Shown here piece by piece: positions 23,156 to 36,437 of a DNA stretch of 37,786 bases. The DNA is from Octopus bimaculoides (taxonomy: Eukaryota): positions 35,602,920 to 35,640,705 of the forward strand of contig NC_068983.1 of the NCBI RefSeq assembly GCF_001194135.2. The letters run 5' to 3'. A program made the position numbers and the translations under genes. Each line of letters opens with the position of its first letter. The first letter of the stretch is position 1. Under the pieces are notes generated by a model. That model saw nothing but the letters and a program-made list of their open reading frames with translations, made no database searches and was not told the DNA's origin.

Positions 23156-23811
23156 AAATTATAAATAAATTTTATTTATAAATAAAAGGTAGTAAATATT
23201 AAAACTGTATAGAAAGGAAAAGGCATTTTTCATCATGAAAAATTAGGTAATAAATTTGAAGAGATGTCTTATATTAGGCTCCAATTACAGGAAGGCAGAT
23301 GAATCAACTGAAGAGGGAGGAGAAAAAGAAATAATTGATATAAACTGTTTTAAATCTTTCACAAGTCAAAGCAAAATTGATAAGGGATGGGGAAAATAAA
23401 TCACAAATTTCACAACTTGCAAAGTAAACACAGCAATGTCACTTGACACACTACCACATGAAGATCATTGCTAGCTTTCACTGCACTCATAACTGTGTAC
23501 TGCCATTTGTTGGCATGTTACAGAACTAGTCAAGGAACTTTTTCATACCACCTTGTAATTCAAGAGAACTACAAAAAGATTTTAACAACTGAAACATTTA
23601 ATTGTTTGTTATCTGTTCCCATTTCTTCCTCCATTTTTTCCCTAGTTTCTAGTTGTGCTTTTGTTTTTGATTTATTCTTTGTATAACGGTTCTTAGATAT
23701 CTTCCTCAGTCTGTTATGACTTATTAACTTTACGCAGACGTTTAAACTGACTGATTAAATAAATAACATGGCCAACAACATGTGTTTTAAAAATAAAATG
23801 ATAAGACATTA

Positions 23812-23916
<105 letters not shown>

Positions 23917-24669
23917 CTAATGTGAATTAAAGAGAAATAAAAATAATCAGCATAAACTATACACAAACAACATAAATAAATAATGTTTTATTACCATCTT
24001 CATGAAAACTTATAAGAAATATTCAATAACAACACAAGAAATTCTTCTGTCAATTTGAATTAGACTTGATGTCTTTCAAAATTACTAACAGCTGGGGTAG
24101 CTGCTCTTTACAGGATTACTGAGGCTGTTGTGTTTATGCTCTCACCCATTCTTAAAATGCAAGTAGCATTAAGAAGATTTCTTTGGGGATCTCAGCAATA
24201 CTCTCCTATTTGAAGAAACCTGGAGACATCAATACAAAAGAATAGTTTTTGATAAATATATAACACCAAAAATGTATTAATGTATGTATTTGTATACAAA
24301 CCTATTTATAGTTCATATACCTAAGTAGAGACAAACAATTTACAGGTAGAAAAATTATAGGGTAGAGTCATTGAAGCATAGAATAGAATGCCTCACTGCA
24401 TTTGTTCTAACTCTTTGCACTGAGATCAAACTGTGCTGAAGTCAACATAGGTTTTTTATCTTTCAGGCTTGATAAAAAAAAAAGTACCAATCCTGGGTAG
24501 TGGATAGGCAGTCCTGTCAGAATATGAAACAGGATGCTTTGCAATATTTGTTCTGGCTATTTGTTTTCCAAGTTCAAACCCCACCATGGCCTACTTGAAG
24601 TGGTGGTGAGACTTAATTTGTCAGTTTAACATCACCACATAACACCATGGCTGCATATGACACTCCATT

Positions 24670-25101
<432 letters not shown>

Positions 25102-26143
25102 CTATCTCTATTAATACTATTAATACTTCTACATTTTTTTAAACCATTTTTATACAAAGTCAGATTGGTGTCTATTTTCCAGGTTAGTACTTAGAGTAAT
25201 CAACCAAAACAGTAAGGGCTGACTTGATTGCATATCATCAATACTGTTGTGCTGTATCACTGGCAGAAAATAACTTCACTGTCAAGTCTTTGCATGATCT
25301 AGCCATCAACAATATCTTGATAAAAGTATCATCGAAAGGATTAATTTATTAGTTGACCATCGAAAAACAATCAGAGATATATATCTTCACCATTTATAAC
25401 TTGTTATCTGCATTGTTGAACTACAATCTTTCCATAGGTCTGAAGGAAACAAGGGCCAACTCCTTTAAAATAAGACATGAAGATAAAACCTCAATAATCC
25501 AGTGAGTTTCAGAACATTACATGTTGTTATTACACCTAAGCAATGAATATAATGTGATTCATGGAGCTGTGAGACTTAGTGAATGATGTGTTTGCCAATA
25601 TTTCTGTAACAAGATTTTTGGTCCCATACCAAACCCACAACTTTTAGGAAACTATTAGCAGGCACTGTTATTACATGTCCCACAAACATGTACTTGCAAG
25701 ATGTATGAAACCTTTCCATCATCATCATTTAATGTCTGCCTTCCATACTAGCATGGGTGGAATAGTACCACAAGAGCTGGCCAGGCTGAAGCCTGCACCA
25801 GACTTCTGTGACTGTTTTGGCAGGATTTTTACAGCTGGATGCCCTTCCTAACACCAACCACTCATCAGTGGACTTATGGGTAAATCTGTTTTGTTCCAGA
25901 GACCTAAGTATAACTTTCAAGATTTGTAGAAAACAAAAGTCTTCTAACCAATATCAAGGCTAACTACACAAAGAATATTGTCGATCCTATATGAGAAAAA
26001 AGAAAAACAAGTTGTTAAATTACAAAATAATAAAGTAATTTATTAAGCATTCTTGATACAAACCTAGAAATCCACTTCTCAGATTGCAACTGAGATATGA
26101 ATAGTTTTATCTGTAGCAAAAAAAAAAATTGTTACGAAACTTA

Positions 26144-26323
<180 letters not shown>

Positions 26324-26532
26324 TTAAAATTCATTTGAATATAAAACTCAGTAAAATATTCCTCTTAATTTAATGATATAAGCCTGCTGCATCTCTTTCA
26401 ATATTTGTTGTTCACAAGTTCAAGCACAATGAAATAGAATACCATTGGATGTAACTTTTAAGCAAGTGTTTTCTTTCCCTCCCATATGGTTATTGGTATG
26501 GAACTAGTGAAGTTAAGCAGATGGTGTCCTAG

Positions 26533-26720
26533 CAGAGGTGTATGGCTTAGTGGTAAGGGTTTTGGTCACGAGTTTTGATTCTTGATGGTCTGTTGTGTCC
26601 TTGAGCAAGACACTTTATTTCATGTTGCTCCAGTCCATTTAGCACCGATATTTCAAAGAACCAGCCTTGTCATTACACTCTGTGTCAAGCTGAATCTCCC
26701 TGAGAACTACATCGTGGGTA
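26533..26720 (+). mobile_element. SINE family B, internally deleted
   Basis: GGCTTAGTGGTAAGGG...GTGTCCTTGAGCAAGACAC...CTGAATCTCCCTGAGAACTAC. Confidence 0.8.
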
Positions 26721-26901
26721 CTATTCAAATGATTGTCACAAATGGTGAAGCTGAATTTTTTTTGTGCCATACCTTGTATAAATGTCCTACTGTAAAAAAA
26801 AATTCCATCAAAAAACTTTCATATGAAAAATGAAATTTATGAACTTTCTTCTTTAAACTTAATTATATTTTCTTTACCTCTCAAAAAGAAGAAAATGATG
26901 T

Positions 26902-26989
26902 ATATATTTTTACACATGCATATGTATCTAGACAAATATGCATACATATATTTTTACATATGCATATGTATCTAGACAAATATACATAC
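26902..26989 (+). repeat. 44-bp tandem duplication
   Basis: Two units differing at 2 positions. Confidence 0.92.
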
Positions 26990-28901
26990 ATAAATATTCA
27001 ATAGATGAACTATATGTTATTTTGAGGCAAAAATGATGAAAATATTGCATTATCATCATTATTTAACATCCATCTTCCATGCTGGCATAAGTTGGATGGT
27101 TTGATAGGAGCAGGCAAACCAGAAAACTGTACCTGCTCCATCGTCTGCTTTGGCATGGTTTCTATGGTTGGATGCCCTTCCTAACACCAGCCACTTTACA
27201 GAGTGTACCGGGTGTTTTCTTTTTATGTAGCACTAGTGCCAATGGGGTTGCCAAGCAACTTGCAAGATAAAGATCCCTCAACTGAGAAAATACCGAAATG
27301 ATAACTGAAGATGGAAGTAAATATTTTCCTACATACAAAATAATCTACATTTAATGAAGCAAAGGATTTGCAGTGTTTCTATTAAAAGCAGTTAATTTAT
27401 GCAATCACTGCGGTTATAACACAGAAAGTATTTTGCCTTGTCCAGACTTCAATAACACTTCAACAAATGAGTTTCACATTTTTTATCACTATAAAAGTTT
27501 AAAAATACAACATAAAAATGGTTGTATTCAGTCATGTGAGACATGCAATTATGGTGGGAAAATAACTGCAGATCAAACACTTGAAATATAGGACAGAAAG
27601 AGAGATGTTGAAATTTTATAACTACATAAAAAATTCATGTAAGAAATATGACCTTAAAACAACCTGTGGATTATACAAGTTAATTTGAAGATGGGAAATG
27701 TTTAAGTTAATTCATTTTGTGGAGTTATACCACGTAGACTGCATACGTAAAGAAATTAACTTTAGTATTGCATACATATTAAAGACATGACCTGAATGTA
27801 TCATGTTATTTCATAGAGAGTTGTTTAGAATTTTGATAAACAGTGGAGGCAAAAATAGTAAAAAGTAAAGCTTTGAATGAACCTTGTTTTACACATACAC
27901 ACAAAGATACATACATATGTAAATTATATTTAACTTTTCATGTTAATATCAATGGACTGGTTGACACAAATTTAGTCATTTGTATATTGTTGGAATAGTT
28001 GGTGCTATTAAATTAGACATGGCCTGAGCCAACTTTGGCTGAAACTTATCTAAGTAATCTAAATGACTCTCCTGCTATTAACCAGTCAAGCATGAAAAGG
28101 TAAATGGAAGAATTTGACACCTACAAAGATTCATGCAAGTTTGTGTAATGAGAATGTACAACTTCCTTAATGTAATCCTTAATTAGGAAATCTATTTATC
28201 CTCATCATTTAATATCCACTTTCCATGCTAACAAGGGGTGGATGGTATGACAGGAGGTTGCAAGCAGGAGAGCTGCACTAAGCACCAATTGCTAGTTTTA
28301 ACATGATTTCTGCAGTTGGATGCCCTTCCTAACGCTAACAACTTTAAGGAATGTACTGAATGCTTTTAACATGGCACCAGTACAATGCACATTCCTATGT
28401 TAAAAAAAAAAAACAACCCAATTCATGCATTAACTAAAAAGTACAGAGGAACAGTTAGAGACTAATGAGTTTTTTTGCACCATACCCATGAAACCATTTT
28501 TTTTTTACAACAACATACTATACACTAACATGTACAAGAGCCTGGCATTGAGACAATTGGTGTTAATTTTAATTTACAGCTCAGCAGTCAGAGATCAATA
28601 AAAGTAAAAATCAATGAAAATAATAAGCTGAGATGATTTCTCTCTCTCTTGTTATTTTAAATGAAATGTTATTGATTGAATTACTCTGTTTTGATCTTAA
28701 CCAGCCTTTGATGCCTAACTCTAAAACACCTTTACATAAATTCACAACAACCGACTAAAGTGTTTGCATAAGCTTAATGCTATTTGATAAACTGTTTTCA
28801 TTCAAGTTCTTGTTCAAAACAAGCGGCAGTTTATCACAAACACAATTCCTTTTGTTTTACAAACTGACTTTCTCTTAATCACACAGATATAGTAATGTTG
28901 T

Positions 28902-29177
28902 GAAAGTACATGGGTTAGTGGTTAGGGTATTTGGCTAATGGTTGTAAGGTTGTGAGTTTGATTCCCGGTGGTACGTTGTGTCCTTGAGCAAGACACTTCA
29001 TTTCACATTGCTCCAGTCCACTCAGCTGACAAAAATATTTAGTAACTATATTTCAAAGGGCCAGTTTTATCACATTCTGTGGAATGCTCAGCCATTTGCA
29101 AGTTAATTCCATGAGTAGGCTGTTCTGTTGACCAGAACAACTGGAACCCTCATTGTCATAACCAGTGGAGTGCCAGT
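28902..29177 (+). mobile_element. SINE family B
   Basis: TSD TAGTAATG(T/G)TGT at 28890-28901 and 29178-29189; family B head and tail motifs. Confidence 0.85.
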
Positions 29178-29424
29178 TAGTAATGGTGTATCTAACTCTT
29201 TTGCAACAAACTTGCCTAAAACCACCCCTGGTTCTATCACAGAAGCTTCCTGTTTTAAAGTGATTGAAATTTAAACTTTCCATCAAAACTGCATTTTAAT
29301 TTACTTCCCAAATACCAATATAACAAAATTATTTTACTAAATTCTTCCTTATTTTTAAAATTAAAATGAAACAGAAGCAGAGTATTTCAATAGAAATATG
29401 GTAACAAATGAGATACCAGTCACA

Positions 29425-29700
29425 ATCATCATCATCTTCATTTAACGTCCGTTTTCCATGCTGGCATGGGTTGAATGATTTGACTGAGGACTAGCAAGCC
29501 AGTAGGCTGCACCATGCTCTAATCTGATCTGGCAAAGTTTCTATAGCTGGACGCCCTTCCTAACACCAACCACTCTGAGAGTGTAGTGGGTGCTTTTTAC
29601 GTGCCACTGGCAAGGGGGCCAGTCAAGCGGCACTGGTAACGACTGCACTCGAATGGTGCTTTTTACGTGCCACTGGCACAGGAGCCAGTCAGGCGACATA
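29425..29700 (-). mobile_element. RTE-tail element with 66-bp internal repeats
   Basis: (CAT)n TTTAACGTCCGTTTTCCATGCTGGCATGGG...; GTGCCACTGGCA at 29601 and 29667. Confidence 0.88.
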
Positions 29701-30502
29701 TTTTCTGATTGCTGCTGTTCTTGCTTTTGTTATTTAGTTCCAGGTCAGCTCTGTGATGAAACACTGTCTATCCCATCTTTCTGTATATGAAGGACCACAT
29801 GTTCAATGTGTCCTTTTTTTAAGATGTTAGAATGTGATTTGAGAGAATTAGGGTTCTATTTTTAGAAAATCAAGCAATGACTTGGAGGCTTCCACATTGG
29901 CTCGCCTATGCTGTTTGTGTCATAGGTAACTTTACAGTACAAGAAGGTGTTCTTATATCATTATTCACTGCTTGTTAATGGCTGTTGCATGTCTTGAGAA
30001 CTTTTCACTCTCCAAGTTCTGAGTTGCTCCTTTACTCTTGCAGTCATCTTCATGCATTTCATAGATTTCAGCCACACTACACTTCAACATTTATGCAAGG
30101 TCGTGTTATCATCACAATATTGCTGTCATCAACAAGGATAACTGATAAGCTCTCAAGAGAGCTGAACAGCAGAAGGTCTTCAGAGAAGAAACCCACCTCA
30201 GGAAAATGTTTTGACCCTTAATTTCTTACACTTTAAGAGGACTGGGCCACATCTAAGTCATGACTCCTGAGTGCCCTTCTGCTGACACGTTTTAGCCACT
30301 TGGGTATCAGAGACCTGTGCATTTAAACTGCCTGGAGATTTCACTTAGTTGTGACTACCCTTCATAGAATCAGCTTTCAAACTTATACTTAAAGAATAAA
30401 ATAACATTGGTTGTCATGGTAGCAGTAAAACATCAATACTATCACAATGAAGGAAAAAGGTAAACTTAAGCCAAACAAACAAAAAAATGTTAAATAACTT
30501 AC

Positions 30503-30605
30503 GTCATCACGGATGCTTCTTTAAGAAAAGTCTGCGCTGCTCTGTTCCTGTCTTTTAGTTGTTTCACAGCAACCAGCTGTTGGTTGTAGCAGCCTTTATA
30601 TACAT
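30503..30605 (-). CDS. CSK: Csk exon: (D)VYKGCYNQQLVAVKQLKDRNRAAQTFLKEASVM(T)
   Basis: Acceptor TAACAG|AT, donor AC|GTAAGT; 103 nt, phase 1 to 2; catalytic Lys (VAVK) and alphaC Glu. Too short for the ORF track. Confidence 0.96.
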
Positions 30606-30651
30606 CTGTTAGTAAAATTAACAAAAGTGAAATATGAATAAATTGTTGCTT

Positions 30652-30754
30652 CATTATTTACATTTCATGGATATTTGTCCTCATCAAGATGAGGACAAAT
30701 ATCCGTCAAATGTAAATAATGTACATAATTCCTCATCTCTTAAATATAGAACTG
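30652..30754. mobile_element. 103-bp insertion: 34-bp fold-back plus 33-nt tail, flanked by a 12-bp TSD
   Basis: Arms 30652-30685 and 30688-30721 match at 32/34; direct repeat AAATTGTTG(C/T)TT at 30640-30651 and 30755-30766. Confidence 0.88.
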
Positions 30755-31309
30755 AAATTGTTGTTTGATAAAAAGAAACTCTATGATAATGACCCAAAAG
30801 AGCGTCGTTACATTTTAATTAAAATTTCTATATCCTAATGGCTCTCTTAGCTTTACAATTCTACTAATTCACATCCCAAAAAATACATTACAAATTGGAT
30901 TTAAAGCATCCTCATTACACTTTAACGTCTGTTTTTCATGCTGGCATGGGTTGGATGGTTTGACAGGAGCTGGTAAGGTGAGGGGCAGCACCAAGCTCCA
31001 CTGTCTGTTCTAGCATGGTTTTGATGGTTAGATGCCCTTCCTAATACCAATTACTTTAGAGTGTACTGAATGCTTTTTATGTGGCATCAGCACCAATTCT
31101 TTTTACACGGTACCAGATGTTAATTCAGTTAACTATACCTCTCCTTAAAAAAAATATTCATTAATATTTTTATTTAACAAAAATCTGCAAAACACAGATA
31201 TGCAGCTTTAGGTTTTTTTTTTGTATTTCAAACACAGACATCATTATCATCATCATCAATGGTGTCCTTTTATACCTGCTTTCCGTGCAGGTATATATTG
31301 AACAGAAAG

Positions 31310-31790
31310 CGAAATCGTGATGGCACCAGTACCAGTAAATCACTAAGAGCACCGTCTGAGCATGATCGTTGCCATAGTACCAGCTGTCTGGTTTTCGTGC
31401 CAGTGGCACGTAAATAGCACCATTTGAGCGTGACCTTACCAACGTTGCCTTCCTGGCACTTGTGCCAGTGGCACGTGAAAAGACATTTGAGCGAGTTCAT
31501 TACCAGTACTGCTGGACTGGCTCCTGTGCAGGTAGCACATAAAATACACCATTTTGAGCTTGGCCGTTGCCAGTAACTCCTGACTGGCCTTCGTGCAGGT
31601 GACACGTAAAAGCACCTACTACACTCTCTGAGTGGTTGGCGTTAGGAAGGGCATCCAGCTGTAGAAACTCTGCCAAATCAGATTGGAGCCTGGTGTAGCC
31701 ATCTGGTTTCACCAGTCCTCAGTCAAATCGTCCAACCCATGCTAGCATGGAAAGCAGACGTTAAACGATGATGATGATGAAGATGATGAT
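31310..31790 (+). mobile_element. RTE-tail element with 4-5 tandem ~65-bp units, antisense to Csk
   Basis: Units anchored at 31403, 31468, 31532 and 31599; 3' tail CCATGCTAGCATGGAAAGCAGACGTTAAAC(GAT)n. Confidence 0.9.
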
Positions 31791-32339
31791 TGTTATAGTT
31801 GGAACCAGCACATATTATTTTTAAGCTGATATCCTGGGTTTCTGTGATGGATATGTTCTCCACAGGATGTAATGTGAAATGAAGTGTGTTGCTCAAGAAC
31901 ACAATGCATTGCCTAGTCCAGGAATCAAAACCACAATCTTATGACCATGAGTCCAATGCCCTGATCACTAAGCTTTGCATCTCCACTATTTGGGGGTTAC
32001 CTAGCCAGAGGTTCACATCTCATTTGTTATTCATTTTTCATCTGGTTCCTATGGCTGGATGCCCTCCTCAACACCAACCAGTTTACAGAGCACACATTTT
32101 TTTTTATGGTAACAGTATCAGAAGGGTATCATGTTCTCAATAATATTAAAGGATCTTCAAAACCTTATAATTTACAGAATATAAAATTGAGAGACAACAT
32201 TATAAAATGTCTCGCTTTTAAAATTAAAGCACAAAGTGAAAAAAAAAGAAAAAAAGAAAAAGACATCTATTCTGTATAAAGCATTTAAAATAGAGAAAAT
32301 TTCCCAACTGTATTGTAACAAAAAAAAAAAAAATAGACA

Positions 32340-32720
32340 CAGGCATGACAGTGAGGTTAGGAAATTCAGTTTGCAACCACATGGCTGTAGGTTCAATCCC
32401 ACTGTGCTGCACTTTGGGCAAGAGTTTTCTATTATAGCTTGGGACTGACAAATGCCTTGTGAATGAATTTGGTAAATGGAAACTGTGTAGAAGTCTGCTG
32501 TATATATCCATGTGTTTGTGTCCTTGCCTGTGTTTTCCCCCTCACCACTCAACAACAGAAGTTGGTTTGTTCACACGCCCATAACTTAGTGGTTTGGGCA
32601 AAGAGACCAATAAAATAAGTACCAGACTTGAAACAGGTCCTGGAGAATAATCTGTTCAACTAAAATCATTCAAGGCATTACTTCAGCATAGCTGCAGTCC
32701 AGTGACTGAAACAAGTAAAA
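32340..32720 (+). mobile_element. SINE family A; further copies or fragments at about 33543-33720 (-), 34420-34560 (-) and 35480-35835 (+)
   Basis: CACTTTGGGCAAG, CCTTGTGAATGAATTTGG and TGACTGAAACAAGTAAAA motifs. Confidence 0.82.
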
Positions 32721-32844
32721 TATAGAATTTTTTTTTTTTTTTCTATTTTCGAAGAGACACAGGTTTTCACTTAAAAAAGAAAAATGTTATAGTTAGTGGC
32801 TAACAGAACATGGAAATAATACTAACTTTAAAACTAATACTTAC

Positions 32845-33013
32845 CACCAAATTCTCCTTTACCAATAGGTTCTTTAATTTCAAGGTATTCAGCATTAATT
32901 ACCCAGCCACCTCTTTCAAAATCCTTAAAATCAACTGTTGTGAAATTATTACCGGTTTTCCAAAGTGGTTTAGAAAGTCTTGTACACAAGCCATCAGCAT
33001 CTTTCTCATAGTG
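32845..33013 (-). CDS. CSK: Csk exon: SH2 C-terminus, linker and Gly-rich loop (HYEKDADGLCTRL...IGKGEFG)
   Basis: Acceptor TTGCAG|CAC, donor GGTG|GTAAGT; 169 nt, phase 0 to 1; matches human CSK HYTSDADGLCTRL...IGKGEFG. Confidence 0.95.
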
Positions 33014-33776
33014 CTGCAACATCAGAAATAGCAAGCATAAATAACACATCTGCTACACTGTAACAAACTTTACATGGATTATATGTTCTATAAAGAATTT
33101 ACATCATTTAGCTATTATTTATATGTATTGAATTATTAAAGAATTTAAAAGCGACATCTGCAGAATCATGCAAAATTCCCATATTAAGAATTTAAAACAG
33201 ATATTAACATAATATAAGGAAGTATATTTTTCAGATAATTTACATTTGAAAATGAAAATTTTAAAAAATTCTATGCATGGAATAAAATTGCTATTTTGAA
33301 ACTATAGGTAAAACAGTTTGTTTTTAAAAAAAAGGCAATTTATAAGTTATATTCACAAACATTTTTTTTAACTAAATCGAAATTTCTCAGAAAATAATTA
33401 TTAGAGTTACAGTATTGTACAGAGTTACAGAGCTGCATTGACTAAGAATGTAAAGTATTGAACATCTTGATATAGCAAGCATCAAGGCCCATGATTATTA
33501 TATTACATTATAACCTGTCTGTTATGTTTTCATGGAGATAATCTTTTACTTGTTTCAGTCATTGGACTGCAGCCAAGCTGGGGCACTGCTTTGAAGGGTC
33601 TTAGGCAAATGAATCGCCCTGGTATTTATTCTGTCAGTCTCTTTAGCTGAACTGCTAAGTTATGGGAATGTAAAGAAACCAACACCAGTTGTCAAGCAGT
33701 AGTGGAGGTCAAACACAAAGACACACGCACATATATACATACATATATACATACACACACAAGTAACAAAAATGTA

Positions 33777-34112
33777 CACCTGTCAATTCATTACAGCCAT
33801 TTCAAGCGACTCCTTAAATTGATTAAAGGAAACATTACATCCTTTGAAAGAAACTGTTCTTGTCAGATGACTGCATAGACTTCAAACATAAACCATTTCC
33901 TTAACATATTCACATCTGTGGCAGACATGACAAAAGAAACAATGTCAATATTTTGAGTTTCTGTGATGTTAAAATGTTAAGGAAATGGTTATATCCTTTA
34001 TGTTTGAAATCTATGTGATCATCTGACCAAAATGGTTTCTTTCAAATGATGCAATGTTTTCATTAATCAATTAAAGGAGTCGCTTGAAACAGCCGTAATG
34101 AATTGACACCTG
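33777..34112. mobile_element. Tc1/mariner-type MITE with ~150-bp terminal inverted repeats and TA TSD
   Basis: TA|CACCTGTCAATTCATTACAGCCATTTCAAGCGACTCC ... GGAGTCGCTTGAAACAGCCGTAATGAATTGACACCTG|TA; arms stay alignable for about 150 bp. Confidence 0.9.
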
Positions 34113-34879
34113 TATATCTTTCTTACTCATTTATATTTTATTCGCCTAACTTGGAATCTGCACTTCAGAAATGCTATAGAAAGTACCTTTATAAAAAGTA
34201 CATGTCTGAATTAAGAGTGGATACCTTCACTTAGCTGGGGTGTATTGTCTGCACATATGGCAAGAATGTCAGGTACAAACACCCCTGCACGAAGTCTTGA
34301 TATTCAATATTTAATTAATATTGTTTTGGTGTGCAACCTAGCAAGATGCTTCAATTTAAGTATCTAATTCAACAGAATCTTAATTATACACACACACACA
34401 CACGCACATGAAAGGCTTCTTTCAGTTACAGTCTACTGAATCCACTCACAAGGCTTTGGTTGGCCCATGGCTTTGGTATAAAACATTGCCTAAGGTGCTA
34501 TGCAGTGGGACTGAACCTAAAACCATGTAGTTGGAAGGGGAACTAAATACCACACAGCTATACTTGGGTGTATTGATATTAAACCCTATTTTAATCAATT
34601 CAATTGTATAGATAGAAAGTTTTAATATAAAGTTTACTACATAAAAGATTCAAACTGAGGAGAAACTAATGACAAATGAAGTGATACAGTTTTCTTACTC
34701 TTGAATATTTTCAGTGAGAAATTAATTGCAGAACAGAACTGTTAAGCATATTCGTATTTTAAGTTCAGACTGATATTACACAGCTGTCCAAATGTAGAAT
34801 TGTCAGAAACTTTTTGGAAACATTTGAAATTACATTATATAGGGATCATTAAATTATAATAGATTTTGATGTACTAAGC

Positions 34880-35045
34880 CAGTAGTTCCCAACATGTGGT
34901 CTGCAGACCCCTGGTGGTCCACAAAGGTAGTACTGAAGGTCTATGAAGATGTTAAGCTGACAGACCTTTCGATATTTTGGGGGTCTGTGGGAAAACTCAT
35001 TTAAATAAAAGGGGTTCTTGGTAGTGAAAAGGTTAGAAACCACTG
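34880..35045. mobile_element. hAT (Charlie/Buster-type) MITE
   Basis: TIRs CAGTAGTTCCCAAC / GTTAGAAACCACTG; perfect 8-bp TSD TACTAAGC at 34872-34879 and 35046-35053 with central TA. Confidence 0.93.
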
Positions 35046-36437
35046 TACTAAGCAGTGTACTTCAGATACTGTAATTGTATTAGAGAGTATTTCTGCTGTA
35101 CTAAAAATGGTTTCAAGTTTTGGCGCAAAGCCAGCAATTTTGGGAGGATGGAGAGCTAAATCAATTACATTGATCCCCAGGGCTGAACTGGTATTTATTT
35201 TACTGATTCCGAAAGGATGAACAGTAAAGTCAACCTCAAGAGAATTCAAACTCAGAGCATAAAGATGAACGAGATGCTTCTTAGCATTTTGCCTGGCATG
35301 GTGATGATTCTGTCGGCTCCTCACCTGCTCCTGCTGTCATAACAACACAAGATTTTAAACAACATTGCATGGACAATTGAGTGAAATGTCAACTAATGAC
35401 ATTACAAACTCTATGAGGTCAGAAAAAAAATATGGGGTTGATTCTTTGTTTTTCTTTTTTTTTCTTTTTTTGCCCAGATGGAAACATGGCTACATGGTTA
35501 AGAAGCTCACTTTACAACCACATGGTTTTGGGTTCAGTCTCATTGCGTGGCACCAGGGGCAAATATTTTCTACTATAGTCCCTGGTTGGCCAATGCCTTG
35601 TGAGTGAACCTGGCAGATGAAAACAGTGTGGAAGCCTGTTGTGTGTGCGTGTTCCACCACAGCTTGAAAACAACTGTTGGTTGGTTTATGCTCTCATAAC
35701 TTAGCAGTTCGGCAAAAGAGACCAACAGAGTAAATACTAAACCTAAAAACAATAAATACTAGAGTTGATTTGTTCAACTAAACCCTTCAAGGTGGTGCTC
35801 CAGCATGGTTGCAGTCCAATGACTGAAACAAGATAAAAGACAAAGAAATGGTATAGATATTGGCTTATATATTTGTCCATTATATTCAATCACACAGTTT
35901 CAGTTACAAAGTTGTCCTGCTACAACAGATCTAGAGTACATTAACAATAACTTTAGTTCTTCTCTAATGATTGAACTAATCTTTGTTTTAAAAGATAAGC
36001 GAAAGAATTTTTGAAATTTTTCAAGAAATTTATACTTGAAATTTTCAATTTGCTACACATCCATCACCATTATGTGTACAAACCATGATGTGATTTGGAA
36101 GTTCTAGAAATACATTTTGCAGCTAATTTTCATGTATAGCTGGAATTGCATCAGTTATCAAGTAACCGCTTTCACTAATTGACTTCAAACAGGATTCACA
36201 ACAATAATTGAATTACAATTTTGATCAATTATTGGAGTTACCTCCCTTGCTTATTTATAGATTTTTATAAATGCCTACAGGGAGCTGTTGACTAGTTGCT
36301 CAAATAATCTTAGAAGCTCAAATATTTTCAATACATATATCACAATATGCCAGGCTTATTTAGTATGCCAAATTCCTCCCTGAAGTTTTTTTTAAAAAAA
36401 ATCTATAATGTGGTTTACATATACATATATATATATA

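Noticed and set aside
23159-23181. 11-bp AT-only palindrome
   Set aside because: Expected by chance at this AT content.
27373-27591. 72-aa ORF with two CxxC motifs antisense in a Csk intron
   Set aside because: Short, AT-rich, no recognisable finger spacing or splice context.
31397-31620. Regularly spaced palindromic repeats as a CRISPR array
   Set aside because: The inter-palindrome sequences are homologous to each other rather than unique spacers, there are no cas genes, and the array is fused to an RTE 3' tail in eukaryotic DNA.
31700-31725. CTGAGGA...GAAA on the minus strand as a second hammerhead
   Set aside because: Only 5 nt between the core boxes with no closing pair, no stem I/III or NUH site; it is a CTGGT-GAA-ACCAG hairpin.
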